Shown: positions 12,094 to 23,445, counted from the stretch's first letter. The stretch is DNA of 64,000 bases from Thermodesulfobacteriota bacterium (GCA_963675595.2 CAXXLZ010000002.1:608001-672000), one strand, 5' to 3'. Notes: a model not told the origin generated them from the letters alone. Numbers and translations: made by a program.

Positions 12094-12963
12094 ATGAGCA
12101 ATTCTCCCATCGTGATCATCACAGGTCTTTCGGGGTCGGGAAAAAGCACCGCCATCAAGGCCTTGGAAGACTCGGGCTTCTTCTGTATCGACAATTTGCC
12201 TCTGGTTCTCCTGCCTAAACTTCTGGACCTGAAAAACGAATTCGCCCAGGGAACCTTCAAGTTGGCCCTCGTAACGGACTTGAGGGAGAAGGATTTCGTG
12301 GATCGGTATCCCGGGACGTTCAAGGAATTGGAACGTCAGGGTTATCATGCGGAGATCATCTTTCTTGAGTCTTCGGACCAATCCCTGATACGCCGCTACA
12401 GCCAAACCCGAAGGCAGCACCCCCTCAGCCGCCCCGGAGTCTCATTGGGCGAGAGTATCCGGGAAGAACGGGGGAGGCTGTCCGATCTCCGTGATATGGC
12501 GAATCGTGTGATCGACACGTCCAACTTGACGATCCACGATTTACGGGCGCTGATCATCGATCACGTAACGAACGTCCCGCTGGCGGAACGCATGCGGATC
12601 GATCTGTTGTCCTTCGGATACAAGTTCGGTCTTCCCTACGAAGCGGACCTGGTGATGGATGTTCGCTTCCTGCCCAACCCATTTTTCGTACAAGAGCTGA
12701 AGAACAAAGATGGAAGGGACCCGGAGGTCGCGAGCTACGCTCTGGGAAAAGATCACGCCGCACCTTTCCTGGAAAAATTCGGAGACCTGCTGCTGACTCT
12801 CATCCCGCTTTATCGGCAGGAAGGCAAGTCGTACCTGACCATAGCGGTAGGTTGTACGGGCGGAAGACATCGGAGTGTGGCGGTCACGGAATCCTTGGCC
12901 GATTTTCTGCACCGGAACAATATTCGAGTCTTCTTAAAGCACCGGGACATCGACAAGGAGTAG
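12094..12963 (+). CDS. rapZ: RNase adapter RapZ
   Basis: GLSGSGKS, CIDNLP, SFGYKFG, DVRFLPNP, GCTGGRHRSV. Confidence 0.96.
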   Translation: MSNSPIVIITGLSGSGKSTAIKALEDSGFFCIDNLPLVLLPKLLDLKNEFAQGTFKLALVTDLREKDFVDRYPGTFKELERQGYHAEIIFLESSDQSLIRRYSQTRRQHPLSRPGVSLGESIREERGRLSDLRDMANRVIDTSNLTIHDLRALIIDHVTNVPLAERMRIDLLSFGYKFGLPYEADLVMDVRFLPNPFFVQELKNKDGRDPEVASYALGKDHAAPFLEKFGDLLLTLIPLYRQEGKSYLTIAVGCTGGRHRSVAVTESLADFLHRNNIRVFLKHRDIDKE

Positions 12964-12967
12964 CCTA

Positions 12968-13375
12968 ATGGTAGGCGTGTTGATCATCACTCATCTGAGA
13001 CTTGCGGAAGAACTGCTGAAGACTGCCGAATTCATCGTGGGAAGAATACAACAGGTGCGTACTCTGTGCTTGGCCCCGGACACCGATGTCGACCATCTGC
13101 ACAAAGACATCGAAAAAGCGATTAAGGAAGTCGACGACGGAGACGGCGTGTTGCTCCTTGTGGACATGCTCGGCGGAACCCCTTCGAATTTGGGGCTTTC
13201 CTTTCTGGAAGAAGGCCGCATCGAAGTGGTCACGGGAGTGAACCTCCCCATGGTGCTGAAACTCGCGAACCGCGGCGATCAATCAACCCTGTCCGAAGTA
13301 GCCGGTGAGATTCTCAACGCGGGACAGCGCGGCATTTCTTTGGCAGGCGACATATTGAACTGGAAGAGCCGATAG
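12968..13375 (+). CDS. PTS mannose/fructose-family IIA
   Basis: IITH phospho-His site, DMLGGTPSN, GVNLPM. Confidence 0.92.
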   Translation: MVGVLIITHLRLAEELLKTAEFIVGRIQQVRTLCLAPDTDVDHLHKDIEKAIKEVDDGDGVLLLVDMLGGTPSNLGLSFLEEGRIEVVTGVNLPMVLKLANRGDQSTLSEVAGEILNAGQRGISLAGDILNWKSR

Positions 13376-13378
13376 CCT

Positions 13379-13864
13379 ATGTCCCTGAGTCTTGTCCGTA
13401 TCGATTGCCGATTGATTCACGGGCAGGTACTGAACGCCTGGGTTCCCCATGTGCGATCGGACCGCATCGTGGTGGCGGATGACGATTTGGCGCTGAACAG
13501 TTTACGTCAAGCGATCATATCCGCTTCGGTGCCTCGGTCCCTGGAGGTCAAAATCGACACGGTGGAAGGCGCCGTGACCGACCTGTTACGGAACGGTTCG
13601 GGGAAGAATAGAGTGCTCCTTCTCTTCTCCGATTGTCGTAATGCCCGGAGGGCCTATTCCCTGGGACTGCATTTTCCCGCAATCAACGTGGGAAACATCC
13701 ATTTTTGTGAAGGAGCGCACGCCGTAACCTCGAGCGTGGCTTTGAGCGCGGCGGATTACAATTGTCTTAAGGAACTTGAGTGGGAAGGCGTGGAAGTTGA
13801 GCTTCGAGCGGTACCCGGAGATCGACGCCTCCGTCTCAAAGATATAGCGTCGATTGCCCAGTAG
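13379..13864 (+). CDS. PTS mannose/sorbose-family IIB
   Basis: RIDCRLIHGQV, INVGN. Confidence 0.92.
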   Translation: MSLSLVRIDCRLIHGQVLNAWVPHVRSDRIVVADDDLALNSLRQAIISASVPRSLEVKIDTVEGAVTDLLRNGSGKNRVLLLFSDCRNARRAYSLGLHFPAINVGNIHFCEGAHAVTSSVALSAADYNCLKELEWEGVEVELRAVPGDRRLRLKDIASIAQ

Positions 13865-13994
13865 CTTCCGGGGGACCGCCCCCCTCCGCCCCGGCCCATC
13901 GAAACACGGTCCCATTCCCCATAGGGCGGTCAGGCCGATTTCTGAAGCCGTCCGGTGTTCTCACATTACGCATACCCGTCCAACGGATGGAAGA

Positions 13995-14678
13995 ATGGTC
14001 TGGTTCTGTCTAAAACTGAGCCTGTTTGGCGCTCTCCTGTGGCTGGACCGTTCCCATGCGTTCCAGTTCATGATCAGTCGTCCCATCGTTGCCGGGCCCC
14101 TTGTGGGTCTATGTCTCGGGAATCCTTTAGACGGGCTGATCGTAGGGGGCATGCTCGAATTGTTGTGGGCTAGAAACCTTCCCTTGGGAAGCAGCGCGCC
14201 GCCTGATGAAACAATGATCGCCCTTCTGCTGCCGGCGGTGGGCGCCCTGGGTGTCGACACCGGGCTGGAAAGCAGGCACGCGGACTTGATGTACGGATTC
14301 TGGATATTCCTGCCCGCGGCCTATTTCAACCGAAGGATGGATATGAAACTTCGCGCGCTGAACAACCGGCTCAACCGGGCCGCCCTGCGCGCCGTGGAGC
14401 GAGGAAACCCGGAGAAAATCGGACGCTACAATCTCGCGGGCATGATTCCGGCCTATTTCACTACCGCTTCAGTCCTGTTTCTGTGCGGACTCGCCGGCCT
14501 CTCCTTCTTTCTTTATACCTTCCCGCTGTTGCCCAAGCCGGTACTCAAAGCACTGGACCTGATGGTTTACGTAGTCCCGCTTCTTGGAGTGGCTTCGGCT
14601 CTCCACAACGTCAAGGGAATCAAGAACGTACTGATCCTTACGGGTTCTTTCGCACTTTTTGTGATTCTGCTGAAATGA
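13995..14678 (+). CDS. PTS mannose-family IIC
   Basis: QFMISRPIVAGPLVG, GGMLELLW, PLGSSAPPD; hydrophobic; ATG at 13995 chosen. Confidence 0.85.
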   Translation: MVWFCLKLSLFGALLWLDRSHAFQFMISRPIVAGPLVGLCLGNPLDGLIVGGMLELLWARNLPLGSSAPPDETMIALLLPAVGALGVDTGLESRHADLMYGFWIFLPAAYFNRRMDMKLRALNNRLNRAALRAVERGNPEKIGRYNLAGMIPAYFTTASVLFLCGLAGLSFFLYTFPLLPKPVLKALDLMVYVVPLLGVASALHNVKGIKNVLILTGSFALFVILLK

Positions 14679-15133
14679 GCCCTCCCCTCCCCTGCAGGAT
14701 CACTCCTGTTGAAGAAGAAGACCTTCCCTGGGTTGCCTCCGTGGCCCGAACCGCTTTCCTCGACCCATGGACCTTGGAGATGTTCCGAGACGAGTTCCGA
14801 AAACCCGAGACCCTCACCTGCAAAGGAAGTTTCGGAGGAGTTCCGGCGGGGTATATTTTCTGTGCCCGAATCCTGGATGAGTGGGAGATCCTGAGTCTGG
14901 CGGTTGAATCCGCGTTCCGTCGCCTCGGTACGGCCCGCGCTCTCCTGGATGAGACGGTACGGCAGGCACGGAATTCTTCCTGTCGCAGGATTCTTCTGGA
15001 GGTGAACGAAGGGAACGCGCCTGCGATCGCCCTGTACGAAGGATTCGGGTTTCAGGCGATGGGGCGTCGCCCCGGGTACTATCCGGAGGACGGTTCGGAC
15101 GCTCTGCTGATGGAACTTCTAATCCACCCTTAA
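14675..15133 (+). CDS. rimI: Ribosomal protein alanine N-acetyltransferase
   Basis: ATGA overlap with IIC; LAVESAFRRLG, LEVNEGN, ALYEGFGF, RRPGYY, DALLM. Confidence 0.88.
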   Translation: MSPPLPCRITPVEEEDLPWVASVARTAFLDPWTLEMFRDEFRKPETLTCKGSFGGVPAGYIFCARILDEWEILSLAVESAFRRLGTARALLDETVRQARNSSCRRILLEVNEGNAPAIALYEGFGFQAMGRRPGYYPEDGSDALLMELLIHP

Positions 15134-15305
15134 AATCGACCTGCAATTGTAACCCCGAAGTCGTTTGTGCTATCCTTTTTATTGATTCTTTTGTCAGGGT
15201 TGAAGACATGATCCTTATATTGCCGGCATGGCGGCCCCGGGGTTGTCGCCGGTACGGACGCGACCGGCGATCGTTTTGTGCCGCAGTACTCGCGGAAGTG
15301 TCGGA

Positions 15306-18300
15306 ATGGATATAAATCCGAAAATCACTCGCAGGCTCAGAGAGATTCCCATTAAATCTCAGGCGCTGGCCGCCAACCTTGCGGCTTGCCCGGTCCATGA
15401 CACCATTAACGATGAGTTCATGGTGCTCCGGAATGTGATCGCCGAATATGCGGGCCTGGTCCAATCCACAAATGAGTTTCTCTGCGAATTGGGCCACCCC
15501 ACCAAGAATTGGCGCTACATTATCGATGAGGCAAAGGCCTACGCCCTGAAGTTTCTTCATCTCATTCGCCGCCATCCCAACGGACCCGAGGCGGCGGAAG
15601 TGTTGGTTTCCGTGTTCCTGAACGCTTCGGCGGAAGCCAAGGACCCCGCTGTACGTGCGGACGCGCTGGATTACCTGATCCTGTTTCTGGAAAGGTTGTC
15701 GGGAGAATTGCAGGGGCCCGCAGACTCCTTTGCTTCCGTGGTGCCGGGCGCCTTATCGAAACTGAAAGCTCTTTCGGACGAGCTGTTCTTGCCGGTTGCG
15801 TCCGGCCTCTATCCCTTGGACAAGGCCGTTCGAGTTTTCGTGGAACGCACCGATTTTCAGGTGGGGACCTCGGTTTGCATCGAGATTCTCATGCGTTATT
15901 ACCGCACCGTATACGACTACTGGTTGGCACAGGAAGACCCCCAACCCTGGCTGGAGAACGAGACCGGCATGCCGGTTTCCGACCCCAAGGCGGCGGAATT
16001 GTTCCGGACGGTATCCCACGAGGCCATTCACAAGCACCTTGAAACCATGCGTCAATTGTCGCACCTGGACGGCACGGCGCGGCTCAAAGGCTTGTTGGCT
16101 CTTCCCGGTTACAAAGCCTGGGTGTCCACCTACCGGACTCTCGCCCTCCGTCTGGCTTCGTCGCAGGATTCGACTCCCGAGGATATGGTTCGAAAGATGA
16201 TCTTCCTGTTCAGGATCATCGACATTCAGGGGCTGGCCAGGATTCACGAAGAAGTTCTCCGCCAACTGAACCGAACACTTGGATGGATTCTCGCGGGTCA
16301 AGACCGTGAAACCGTGGCCGACCTCGTGAAAAAGACCTTCGACGTGCTCAAACGCAGCGCGGACCGATACCCCCAAACCGCTCTGGACTGCATCCAAAGC
16401 ATGGGGCGGAATATCATCTCCTCCGACGATCTCGAATTGGCCGATTTCTTCGTCAGATGGACCGTAGCTTTCGGTTTTCAGTACCCGAGGGTTTCCGGGA
16501 TGAACGAGGATTGGCAGGTTCTGGCCAACGACGCCCATCTGAAAAACATCCGAGTATGGCTGGACCTCATCAAGACCAATCCTTTCAGGACCAAGAGACT
16601 GCTCTCGGCCCTGGTGATCAATTTGGCGCTCGGCGGCGTATTTATTCGAGACACGGACCTTTTTCCCAGAGACGTGACCGATCTGTTGAATGCGGAGGTT
16701 CGCCCCGTATACAACCTGGTAAAGCAGTTCGCCCGACTTCTTCCCGTATATTTCAACGACATCGGAGCCGAAGGGGAGCTCAGGGACATATCTACGGAAA
16801 TGGACGAAGTCCATCGACGGAACGATCGGCTCGTGCACTTCCTGAGAAAACAGACCCACGTGGAAAGCAGCAACCTCACCGTGCTGCTGGCTGAACGGAC
16901 TTTGGGGTTCTGGTTGAACCGGGACAAGGAACCTCTCCGGGAACTGCTGCCGCCTTCCATTTTCGACTGGATCCAGGACTCGGGGCCCTATGTGGACGGA
17001 GCCCACGTGGTTCTTGGAGAACTCATGGAGGGATTGGGCGCCTCAAAGATCCAGGACTTGCAGACGCCCGCGCGAGAGGCCATCGAATCCAGAATTCGCA
17101 ACGTCCGCCAGGTTTCCGAAGGTGAAAAGACACGGGTGCGCCTGGTGATCCGTCTGTATCGGCTTCTCTTCCAGAAGTACAATCTGGGTTTCCAGGACTT
17201 CGCCGCCCAGCTCAAGCCTTACGAAGTCATGGGGTTTCCCCGAATCCCCCAGTTACTCAAAGGCCTCAAGAGCCGTTCCATCGCCGGCCGTCTGGACGCA
17301 GCCATCAGTTACCTCGAAACCCTGCAGGAGACCATTCTGTCCCCCGAGGTGTTCCCCGCCACCGAGGATATCTACCGCAAGCGCCACATCGCCGTGGATA
17401 TTCCCAGCATGTACGGGAGCTATCATGAACGAAAGTTCGACGGCCTGAGCCTGACCTTCCGTCTGGAAAACATGGTCAACGTCTGGTTTGAGGAGCTCAA
17501 TGCTCAGATCAATCTGGGATTCATCACCCACGCCACGTTTTTCGACATCTATAAATATCTCAAGCTGTTCCAGAGAGCCCTGGGGGTCGACGGCATCACC
17601 TCGCGTGAACTCGATCACCAGATGGAATTGCTGAGCCGCGCCATGATGGAGCGGGAGTTCGAGCTTTCCCAGTACATCGACGTGTTCAACGGGCTTTCCG
17701 AGGCGGTAAAAAAAATCTTGGACATCCATTACCACAGCGCCTATACGGAGAACTTGGCCCAGATCATCGAGCGGATGGGTATCGATGATTTTCTGCCGAA
17801 GTACGTAAAGGGTTCGCTGGGGGAGGACCGGGCGGAACTCGAGCAGGCCGTGATCGAGCAGTTCCTTAGGGAACGCATTTTCCGGGCCCTGGCCATGCAG
17901 CCTCTGGACAACTTCCTCAATCGAATCCGGCACACTCTGTACGAGGAACTCGACACGGTGCCTCCGGGACAGGCCCGGTTGCTTCTGAGTTACGACCCGC
18001 GGAAAACCATTTGCCCCATCCATCGTCCCAGGCCTTCGGTGAACGATATCATTCACCTGGGTAACAAGGGGTATAACCTGGTTAAGTTGGCCGCCTTGGA
18101 TGTGCCCGTTCCTCAGGGATTCATCATTACCACGGAAGCATTCCGCTGCCGGAGCGTCATCGAAAGGTTCGGTCCCGCCGCCAAGGACTTCCGCGCCCGT
18201 ATTCGGCGCATGGTCCGGGCCATGGAAAAGCAGACCGGCCTTCGGTACGGCGACCCCGAACGTCCTTTGCTCCTCTCCGTGAGAAGCGGCGCGGCGGTAT

Positions 18301-19517
18301 CACAGCCGGGTATGATGGAGACTTTCCTCAACGTGGGGATCAACGAAAACGTGGCACAAGGTCTTGCCACGACAACCGGGAACGGTTGGTTTGCCTGGGA
18401 CTGTTACCGCAGATTTCTGCAAAGCTGGGGCATGTCTCACGAGCTGGAACGAGACGTTTTCGACCGGCTGATGAGGAAATTCAAGAAATTCAAGGGCGTG
18501 GAGTACAAAAGGGAATTTCGGCCTTCGGACATGCGCGACTTGGCCATGAATTATCGGGAAGTCCTGATCGAAAAAAGAGTGGAACTGCCCGATGATCCCT
18601 ACGAGCAACTTTTCGCCACCATCGGCCGCGTATTGGATTCGTGGGATGCGCCCAGGGCCTCGGCCTATCGAAGAATCATGGGCATGTCGGATAGTTGGGG
18701 GACGGCCGTTACCGTGCTCCGAATGATTTACGGAAATCTCAACGACAGTTCGGGATCGGGCGTGGTGTTTTCTCATAGTCCGTTATATCCTGGGGGCAAC
18801 ATCCGTCTGTGGGGAGACTTCACACTCAGAGATCAGGGCGAGGACGTGGTTTCCGGCCTGGTCAGGACACTGCCCATCAACAGACAACAGGCAAAGATTG
18901 AGGACAGGGAAGACCTCCCTTCCATGGATATTCTTTACCCGGAAGTGTACGAGGCGTTGGAAGCCGTGGTGCGGAATCTTGTGGAAGACCGGAACTGGGG
19001 ACCCCAGGACATTGAGTTCACATTCGAGAACCCGACGAAAGACGGACTTCACATTCTACAGGCCAGGGATATGGGTCTAAGAGAACATCGTGAAGAAGCC
19101 GTATTCAATGTCACCGGGAATCTATCCGGTAAGCTCCTCGCTCGGGGACTCGGCGTCAGCGGAGGCGCCATGAGCGGGCGCGTCGTGTTCAGTCTGGAAG
19201 AAATCGAGCGTTGGCGGAAAGACGAACCCGAGACTTCGCTGATTCTGCTGAGATCCGATACCGTACCGGACGACATCAAGGAAATCTGGGCCGCGGACGG
19301 CCTGCTCACCGCAAGAGGAGGCTCCACCTCCCATGCTTCCATTGTGGCCTATCGATTGGGCAAGACCTGTGTCGTAGGATGCAAGGCGCTGTCGTGCCAC
19401 GAGGATGATCGTTATTGCACACTGGACGGTCTGCGAATCGAAGCCGGGGAAGTGCTGTCCATCGACGGCAGGAGCGGTGAGGTCTACGAGGGAAGGATTC
19501 CCATCTCGGCCTCCTGA
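15306..19517 (+). CDS. Giant PPDK/PEP-synthase-like protein: long N-terminal region + ATP-grasp + phospho-His swivel, no pyruvate-binding barrel
   Basis: LGNKGYNL, VPQGFIITT, LSVRSGA..SQPGMM, QGEDVVSG, QDIEFT, ILQAR, TARGGSTSHA; ends right after the swivel domain. Confidence 0.85.
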   Translation: MDINPKITRRLREIPIKSQALAANLAACPVHDTINDEFMVLRNVIAEYAGLVQSTNEFLCELGHPTKNWRYIIDEAKAYALKFLHLIRRHPNGPEAAEVLVSVFLNASAEAKDPAVRADALDYLILFLERLSGELQGPADSFASVVPGALSKLKALSDELFLPVASGLYPLDKAVRVFVERTDFQVGTSVCIEILMRYYRTVYDYWLAQEDPQPWLENETGMPVSDPKAAELFRTVSHEAIHKHLETMRQLSHLDGTARLKGLLALPGYKAWVSTYRTLALRLASSQDSTPEDMVRKMIFLFRIIDIQGLARIHEEVLRQLNRTLGWILAGQDRETVADLVKKTFDVLKRSADRYPQTALDCIQSMGRNIISSDDLELADFFVRWTVAFGFQYPRVSGMNEDWQVLANDAHLKNIRVWLDLIKTNPFRTKRLLSALVINLALGGVFIRDTDLFPRDVTDLLNAEVRPVYNLVKQFARLLPVYFNDIGAEGELRDISTEMDEVHRRNDRLVHFLRKQTHVESSNLTVLLAERTLGFWLNRDKEPLRELLPPSIFDWIQDSGPYVDGAHVVLGELMEGLGASKIQDLQTPAREAIESRIRNVRQVSEGEKTRVRLVIRLYRLLFQKYNLGFQDFAAQLKPYEVMGFPRIPQLLKGLKSRSIAGRLDAAISYLETLQETILSPEVFPATEDIYRKRHIAVDIPSMYGSYHERKFDGLSLTFRLENMVNVWFEELNAQINLGFITHATFFDIYKYLKLFQRALGVDGITSRELDHQMELLSRAMMEREFELSQYIDVFNGLSEAVKKILDIHYHSAYTENLAQIIERMGIDDFLPKYVKGSLGEDRAELEQAVIEQFLRERIFRALAMQPLDNFLNRIRHTLYEELDTVPPGQARLLLSYDPRKTICPIHRPRPSVNDIIHLGNKGYNLVKLAALDVPVPQGFIITTEAFRCRSVIERFGPAAKDFRARIRRMVRAMEKQTGLRYGDPERPLLLSVRSGAAVSQPGMMETFLNVGINENVAQGLATTTGNGWFAWDCYRRFLQSWGMSHELERDVFDRLMRKFKKFKGVEYKREFRPSDMRDLAMNYREVLIEKRVELPDDPYEQLFATIGRVLDSWDAPRASAYRRIMGMSDSWGTAVTVLRMIYGNLNDSSGSGVVFSHSPLYPGGNIRLWGDFTLRDQGEDVVSGLVRTLPINRQQAKIEDREDLPSMDILYPEVYEALEAVVRNLVEDRNWGPQDIEFTFENPTKDGLHILQARDMGLREHREEAVFNVTGNLSGKLLARGLGVSGGAMSGRVVFSLEEIERWRKDEPETSLILLRSDTVPDDIKEIWAADGLLTARGGSTSHASIVAYRLGKTCVVGCKALSCHEDDRYCTLDGLRIEAGEVLSIDGRSGEVYEGRIPISAS

Positions 19518-19572
19518 GGAGGCACACTATAATCCGTTGCGAACCATCATTAGCCAAGGAGGAAACCCTGTA

Positions 19573-20820
19573 ATGGAAAGTGGACGTAAGATCGGCATCA
19601 ACGGATTGGGAAGAATTGGAAAAATGACTCTTTGGCACCTCCTGGCCGATTCCCATTTCAGCGAAATCGTCGTCAACATCGGACGTGAAGTGGGAACCGC
19701 ATTCAAGGACCTGATACATTTTGTCGAAAAGGATTCCACCTACGGACAACTTTCCACCTACCTGTATGGATGTAAAGGGGGACCGGTGGTCACGGAGGTG
19801 GACGAGGCCGACAAGCGGTTGGTGATGAACGATATCTCCGTCAAGTTTCTTATGAACGCGCGTAATCCCAGAGAAATCGCCTGGGCGGACCACGAGGTTT
19901 CCCTGGTGCTGGACGCTACGGGTCGATTCCTGGACCCGACCCTTCCGCCGGAGGACCCCAAGGGCTCGTGTAGAGGACACCTGGAAGCCGGTGCTCACAA
20001 AGTCATCACCTCCGCCCCGTTCAAAATTAAGGACAAGACCAAACCCATGCCGGACGACGCGGTAACCCTGGTCATGGGAGTGAATGAGCACAAATTCGAT
20101 CCGGCAGTGCACTCGGTGGTTTCCAATGCCTCCTGCACCACGAATTGCCTGGCCCACATGGTGAAGCCGCTTCTCGACCACTTCGGGATCAAACGGGTGC
20201 TCAGCGCGTCCATGGCTACGGTACACGCCGCAACGGGCAGCCAGAACGTCCTGGACCGGCTTCCGGGCACCGGCGACACGGACTTGCGGAAATCCCGCAG
20301 CATCATGAACAACATCATCCTGACCTCCACGGGAGCCGCCAGAGCTTTGGCCCTGGTGATCCCCGAAATGAAGAAGATCGGGTTCATGGCGGAGTCCGTG
20401 CGCATTCCCACCAGCACCGGGTCCCTCATCATCCTGGTGGTGAATCTCCAGGAAGAGGAAGGAGAACCCATCCGCAGGGATACCATCAACCGCATTTATC
20501 AGGAAGCCTCATTACGGGATAGCCGAGGCTACCTCCGTTATACGGAGGAACAAAACGTCTCGTCCGACATCATCGCTTATCCCAAGGCCACCACGATCAT
20601 CGAAGGCCACGAAACCCATACTCGGACCGCCATGGCCATGGTGGACCTGTCCAAAGTTCGTGCCTGTCCCGCATCTTTGCTGGAATCGCTGGCGGAGACC
20701 CATATTGAGGTCCCCATCACTCAAACGGTGATCTACGGCTGGTACGACAACGAGTTGGCGAGCTACGTGCGGGCTCTGTGCGACTGCGCCGTGTATGTGG
20801 ACCAGTTGATGGAGACTTAA
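19573..20820 (+). CDS. Divergent long GAPDH-family dehydrogenase
   Basis: [39 protein letters not shown]; several insertions. Confidence 0.85.
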   Translation: MESGRKIGINGLGRIGKMTLWHLLADSHFSEIVVNIGREVGTAFKDLIHFVEKDSTYGQLSTYLYGCKGGPVVTEVDEADKRLVMNDISVKFLMNARNPREIAWADHEVSLVLDATGRFLDPTLPPEDPKGSCRGHLEAGAHKVITSAPFKIKDKTKPMPDDAVTLVMGVNEHKFDPAVHSVVSNASCTTNCLAHMVKPLLDHFGIKRVLSASMATVHAATGSQNVLDRLPGTGDTDLRKSRSIMNNIILTSTGAARALALVIPEMKKIGFMAESVRIPTSTGSLIILVVNLQEEEGEPIRRDTINRIYQEASLRDSRGYLRYTEEQNVSSDIIAYPKATTIIEGHETHTRTAMAMVDLSKVRACPASLLESLAETHIEVPITQTVIYGWYDNELASYVRALCDCAVYVDQLMET

Positions 20821-21171
20821 CGGGAGGAATTGCCGCGTTGCTCGAGCAAAGAGAGGCACCACAACAAAGAGGAGGGTGCATGCAACAAACCGTATCCCGG
20901 TTCGGTTGATCTCCCTCTTCGCCTTGCTGCATGAACTTCGAACGGCAATCATGCTCGACTCGATTGCCGTCGGGGACAGATCCGGCGTCTCGTTATCCTG
21001 ATCGCGACCATTCAAGTCCGCCCAAAGATGATAACGGCTGCTTAACGAATTTGAGCCGATATCTAGTTGCGCGAAATCAAACAGAAAGAAGTTGACGGCC
21101 CCCGGATTTCGTGGTTCAAGTACCCGAACTATTTTGTATTATTCTTCAGTACGAAGGAAAGGGACGCAAAA

Positions 21172-22185
21172 ATGGCTACCAGAATAGCAATCAATGGATT
21201 TGGAAGGATCGGCAGGAATGTTGCCCGAGCCATCCTGCAACGGGATGCCGACGTGGAAATCGTGGCGGTAAACGATTTGGGGAGCGCCGCGGAGTTGGCC
21301 CATCTGTTGAAATATGATTCCGTCCACGGTACGATCAAGGACGAGGTGGCGGCGGAAGGCGATTCCATTCGCGTGGGGAAACGGGTTTTCAAGTGCCTGC
21401 GCGTTACGGATGATCTGCGTAATCTGCCCTGGGGAGATCTGGAGGTGGACGTGGTTCTGGAATGCACGGGCATCTTCCGGGATCGTGAAAACGCGGGAAA
21501 GCACATTGAAGCCGGCGCCCGCAAAGTCATCATCAGCGCACCGGGCAAGGGAGTCGACACCACCATCGTGATGGGGGTCAACCACACTTCGTACAATCCA
21601 ATGGAACACCACGTGGTGTCCAATGCGTCCTGCACGACCAATTGCCTTGCCCCCGTGGCGAAAGTCCTGCACGAAACTTTCGTGATTCTGAGGGGCCTCA
21701 TGACCACGGTGCATTCCTACACCATGGATCAGCGCATTCTGGACACCATGCATAAGGATTGGCGTCGGGCAAGAGCGGCGGCCTTATCCATGATTCCCAC
21801 GACCACGGGCGCGGCCACGGCGGTGGCTTTGGTGATTCCCGAGCTCAAGGGAAGACTCGACGGCATGTCCATCCGTGTTCCCACTCCCAACGTAAGCGTG
21901 GTCGACCTCGTGGCCGAGCTCGGACGAGACGTCACGGCCGATGAGGTGAACAAGGCCCTCAAATCCGCGGCCGAGGGGCCCATGAAGGGCATTCTGCAAT
22001 TTTGCGAGGAGCCGCTGGTCAGCGCCGATTTCAATACCAACAACCATTCTTCCATCGTGGACGCGGAGCTCACCAAGGTCATTGAGAAGCGCATGGTCAA
22101 GGTGATCTCATGGTATGATAACGAGTTCGGCTACTCGAACCGAACGGTGGATCTGGCCTTGTACATGGGCGGCATGCTGGATTAG
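21172..22185 (+). CDS. gap: Type I glyceraldehyde-3-phosphate dehydrogenase
   Basis: [36 protein letters not shown]. Confidence 0.97.
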   Translation: MATRIAINGFGRIGRNVARAILQRDADVEIVAVNDLGSAAELAHLLKYDSVHGTIKDEVAAEGDSIRVGKRVFKCLRVTDDLRNLPWGDLEVDVVLECTGIFRDRENAGKHIEAGARKVIISAPGKGVDTTIVMGVNHTSYNPMEHHVVSNASCTTNCLAPVAKVLHETFVILRGLMTTVHSYTMDQRILDTMHKDWRRARAAALSMIPTTTGAATAVALVIPELKGRLDGMSIRVPTPNVSVVDLVAELGRDVTADEVNKALKSAAEGPMKGILQFCEEPLVSADFNTNNHSSIVDAELTKVIEKRMVKVISWYDNEFGYSNRTVDLALYMGGMLD

Positions 22186-22266
22186 AGGTACAACCCCAAA
22201 AACCGATCACGGGCCCGAGGATCGGTTCAGGCTCGTAGGATCGTCCTTCCGAGGAGGGGGATCGGG

Positions 22267-23445
22267 ATGAACAACATCGAGCAAATGGAACTCGAAGGCA
22301 AGCGGGTGTTCCTGAGGGTGGACTTCAACGTGCCTCTGGACTCCGCCGGCAAAATCACCGACGACAATCGGATCCGCATGGTGCTCCCCACCATCCGGTA
22401 CGCTTTGGATCACGGGGCCTGCTTGGCCTTGGCTTCGCATATGGGAAGACCCAAAGGAGAACGCAAGCTCGAGTTCAGCTTGAGGCCCGCTGCGGATCGC
22501 TTAGGTGAGATTTTAGGCAGGCCGGTGGACTTGGCTCCGGATTGCATCGGCCCGGAGAAGGAGTCTCTCATTCGCGAGATGAAGGCCGGCGACCTGGTCC
22601 TGCTTGAAAACCTGCGTTTTCATCCCGGGGAAACCAAGAACGACGAGTCCTTCGCCAGGGAGCTTTCCCTGGGTACCGAGGTATTCATCAACGACGCCTT
22701 TGCCGCGTGCCACCGGGCTCACGCCTCGGTAGCCGCCATCGTGAAGTTCTACAAAGAAAAGGGAGCGGGATTTCTGCTCCGCAAAGAGATGGAGACCTTC
22801 GAACAGTCGGTGAAAAAACCCGAACGTCCTTTCGCGGCCATCATCGGCGGGGCCAAGGTTTCCGATAAGCTGGGCGTCCTCGACAACCTGATCAACCTGG
22901 TGGATATCCTGTTGATCGGAGGCGCCATGGCCAACACCTTCCTGCGCGCCCAGGGTTATAACACGGGCAAGTCCCTGGTTGAGGAAGACCTGGTCGAGAC
23001 CGCGGCCAAGTTGATGAAGCGGGCCGAAAGCCTGGGCAAGGTATTGCTTGTGCCTACGGACGCGGTGACCGGCGCGGAACTGAGCGCGGATACTTCCACG
23101 CGGCTGACATCGGTGAAGGACGTCCGATCGGATGAGATGATCCTGGACATCGGTCCGGATACGGTGGATCGTTACAAGAAGGCCCTCGTGGGCGCCAAGA
23201 CCATTGTTTGGAACGGTCCCGTGGGAGCTTTCGAGCTCGAGCCCTTCAGCAAGGGGACTTTCGCTCTGGTGGATGCCGTGGCCGCTTCCTCGGCCTTTTC
23301 GGTCATCGGAGGAGGAGACACGGGCGCGGCCGTAGCCCGTTCCGGAAAGAAGGAACAGGTTTCCTATATTTCAACGGGTGGGGGGGCCTTCCTCGAACTT
23401 CTCGAAGGCAAGACCCTGCCGGGCGTGGCCGCATTGGAAGAATAG
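22267..23445 (+). CDS. pgk: Phosphoglycerate kinase
   Basis: [30 protein letters not shown]. Confidence 0.98.
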   Translation: MNNIEQMELEGKRVFLRVDFNVPLDSAGKITDDNRIRMVLPTIRYALDHGACLALASHMGRPKGERKLEFSLRPAADRLGEILGRPVDLAPDCIGPEKESLIREMKAGDLVLLENLRFHPGETKNDESFARELSLGTEVFINDAFAACHRAHASVAAIVKFYKEKGAGFLLRKEMETFEQSVKKPERPFAAIIGGAKVSDKLGVLDNLINLVDILLIGGAMANTFLRAQGYNTGKSLVEEDLVETAAKLMKRAESLGKVLLVPTDAVTGAELSADTSTRLTSVKDVRSDEMILDIGPDTVDRYKKALVGAKTIVWNGPVGAFELEPFSKGTFALVDAVAASSAFSVIGGGDTGAAVARSGKKEQVSYISTGGGAFLELLEGKTLPGVAALEE

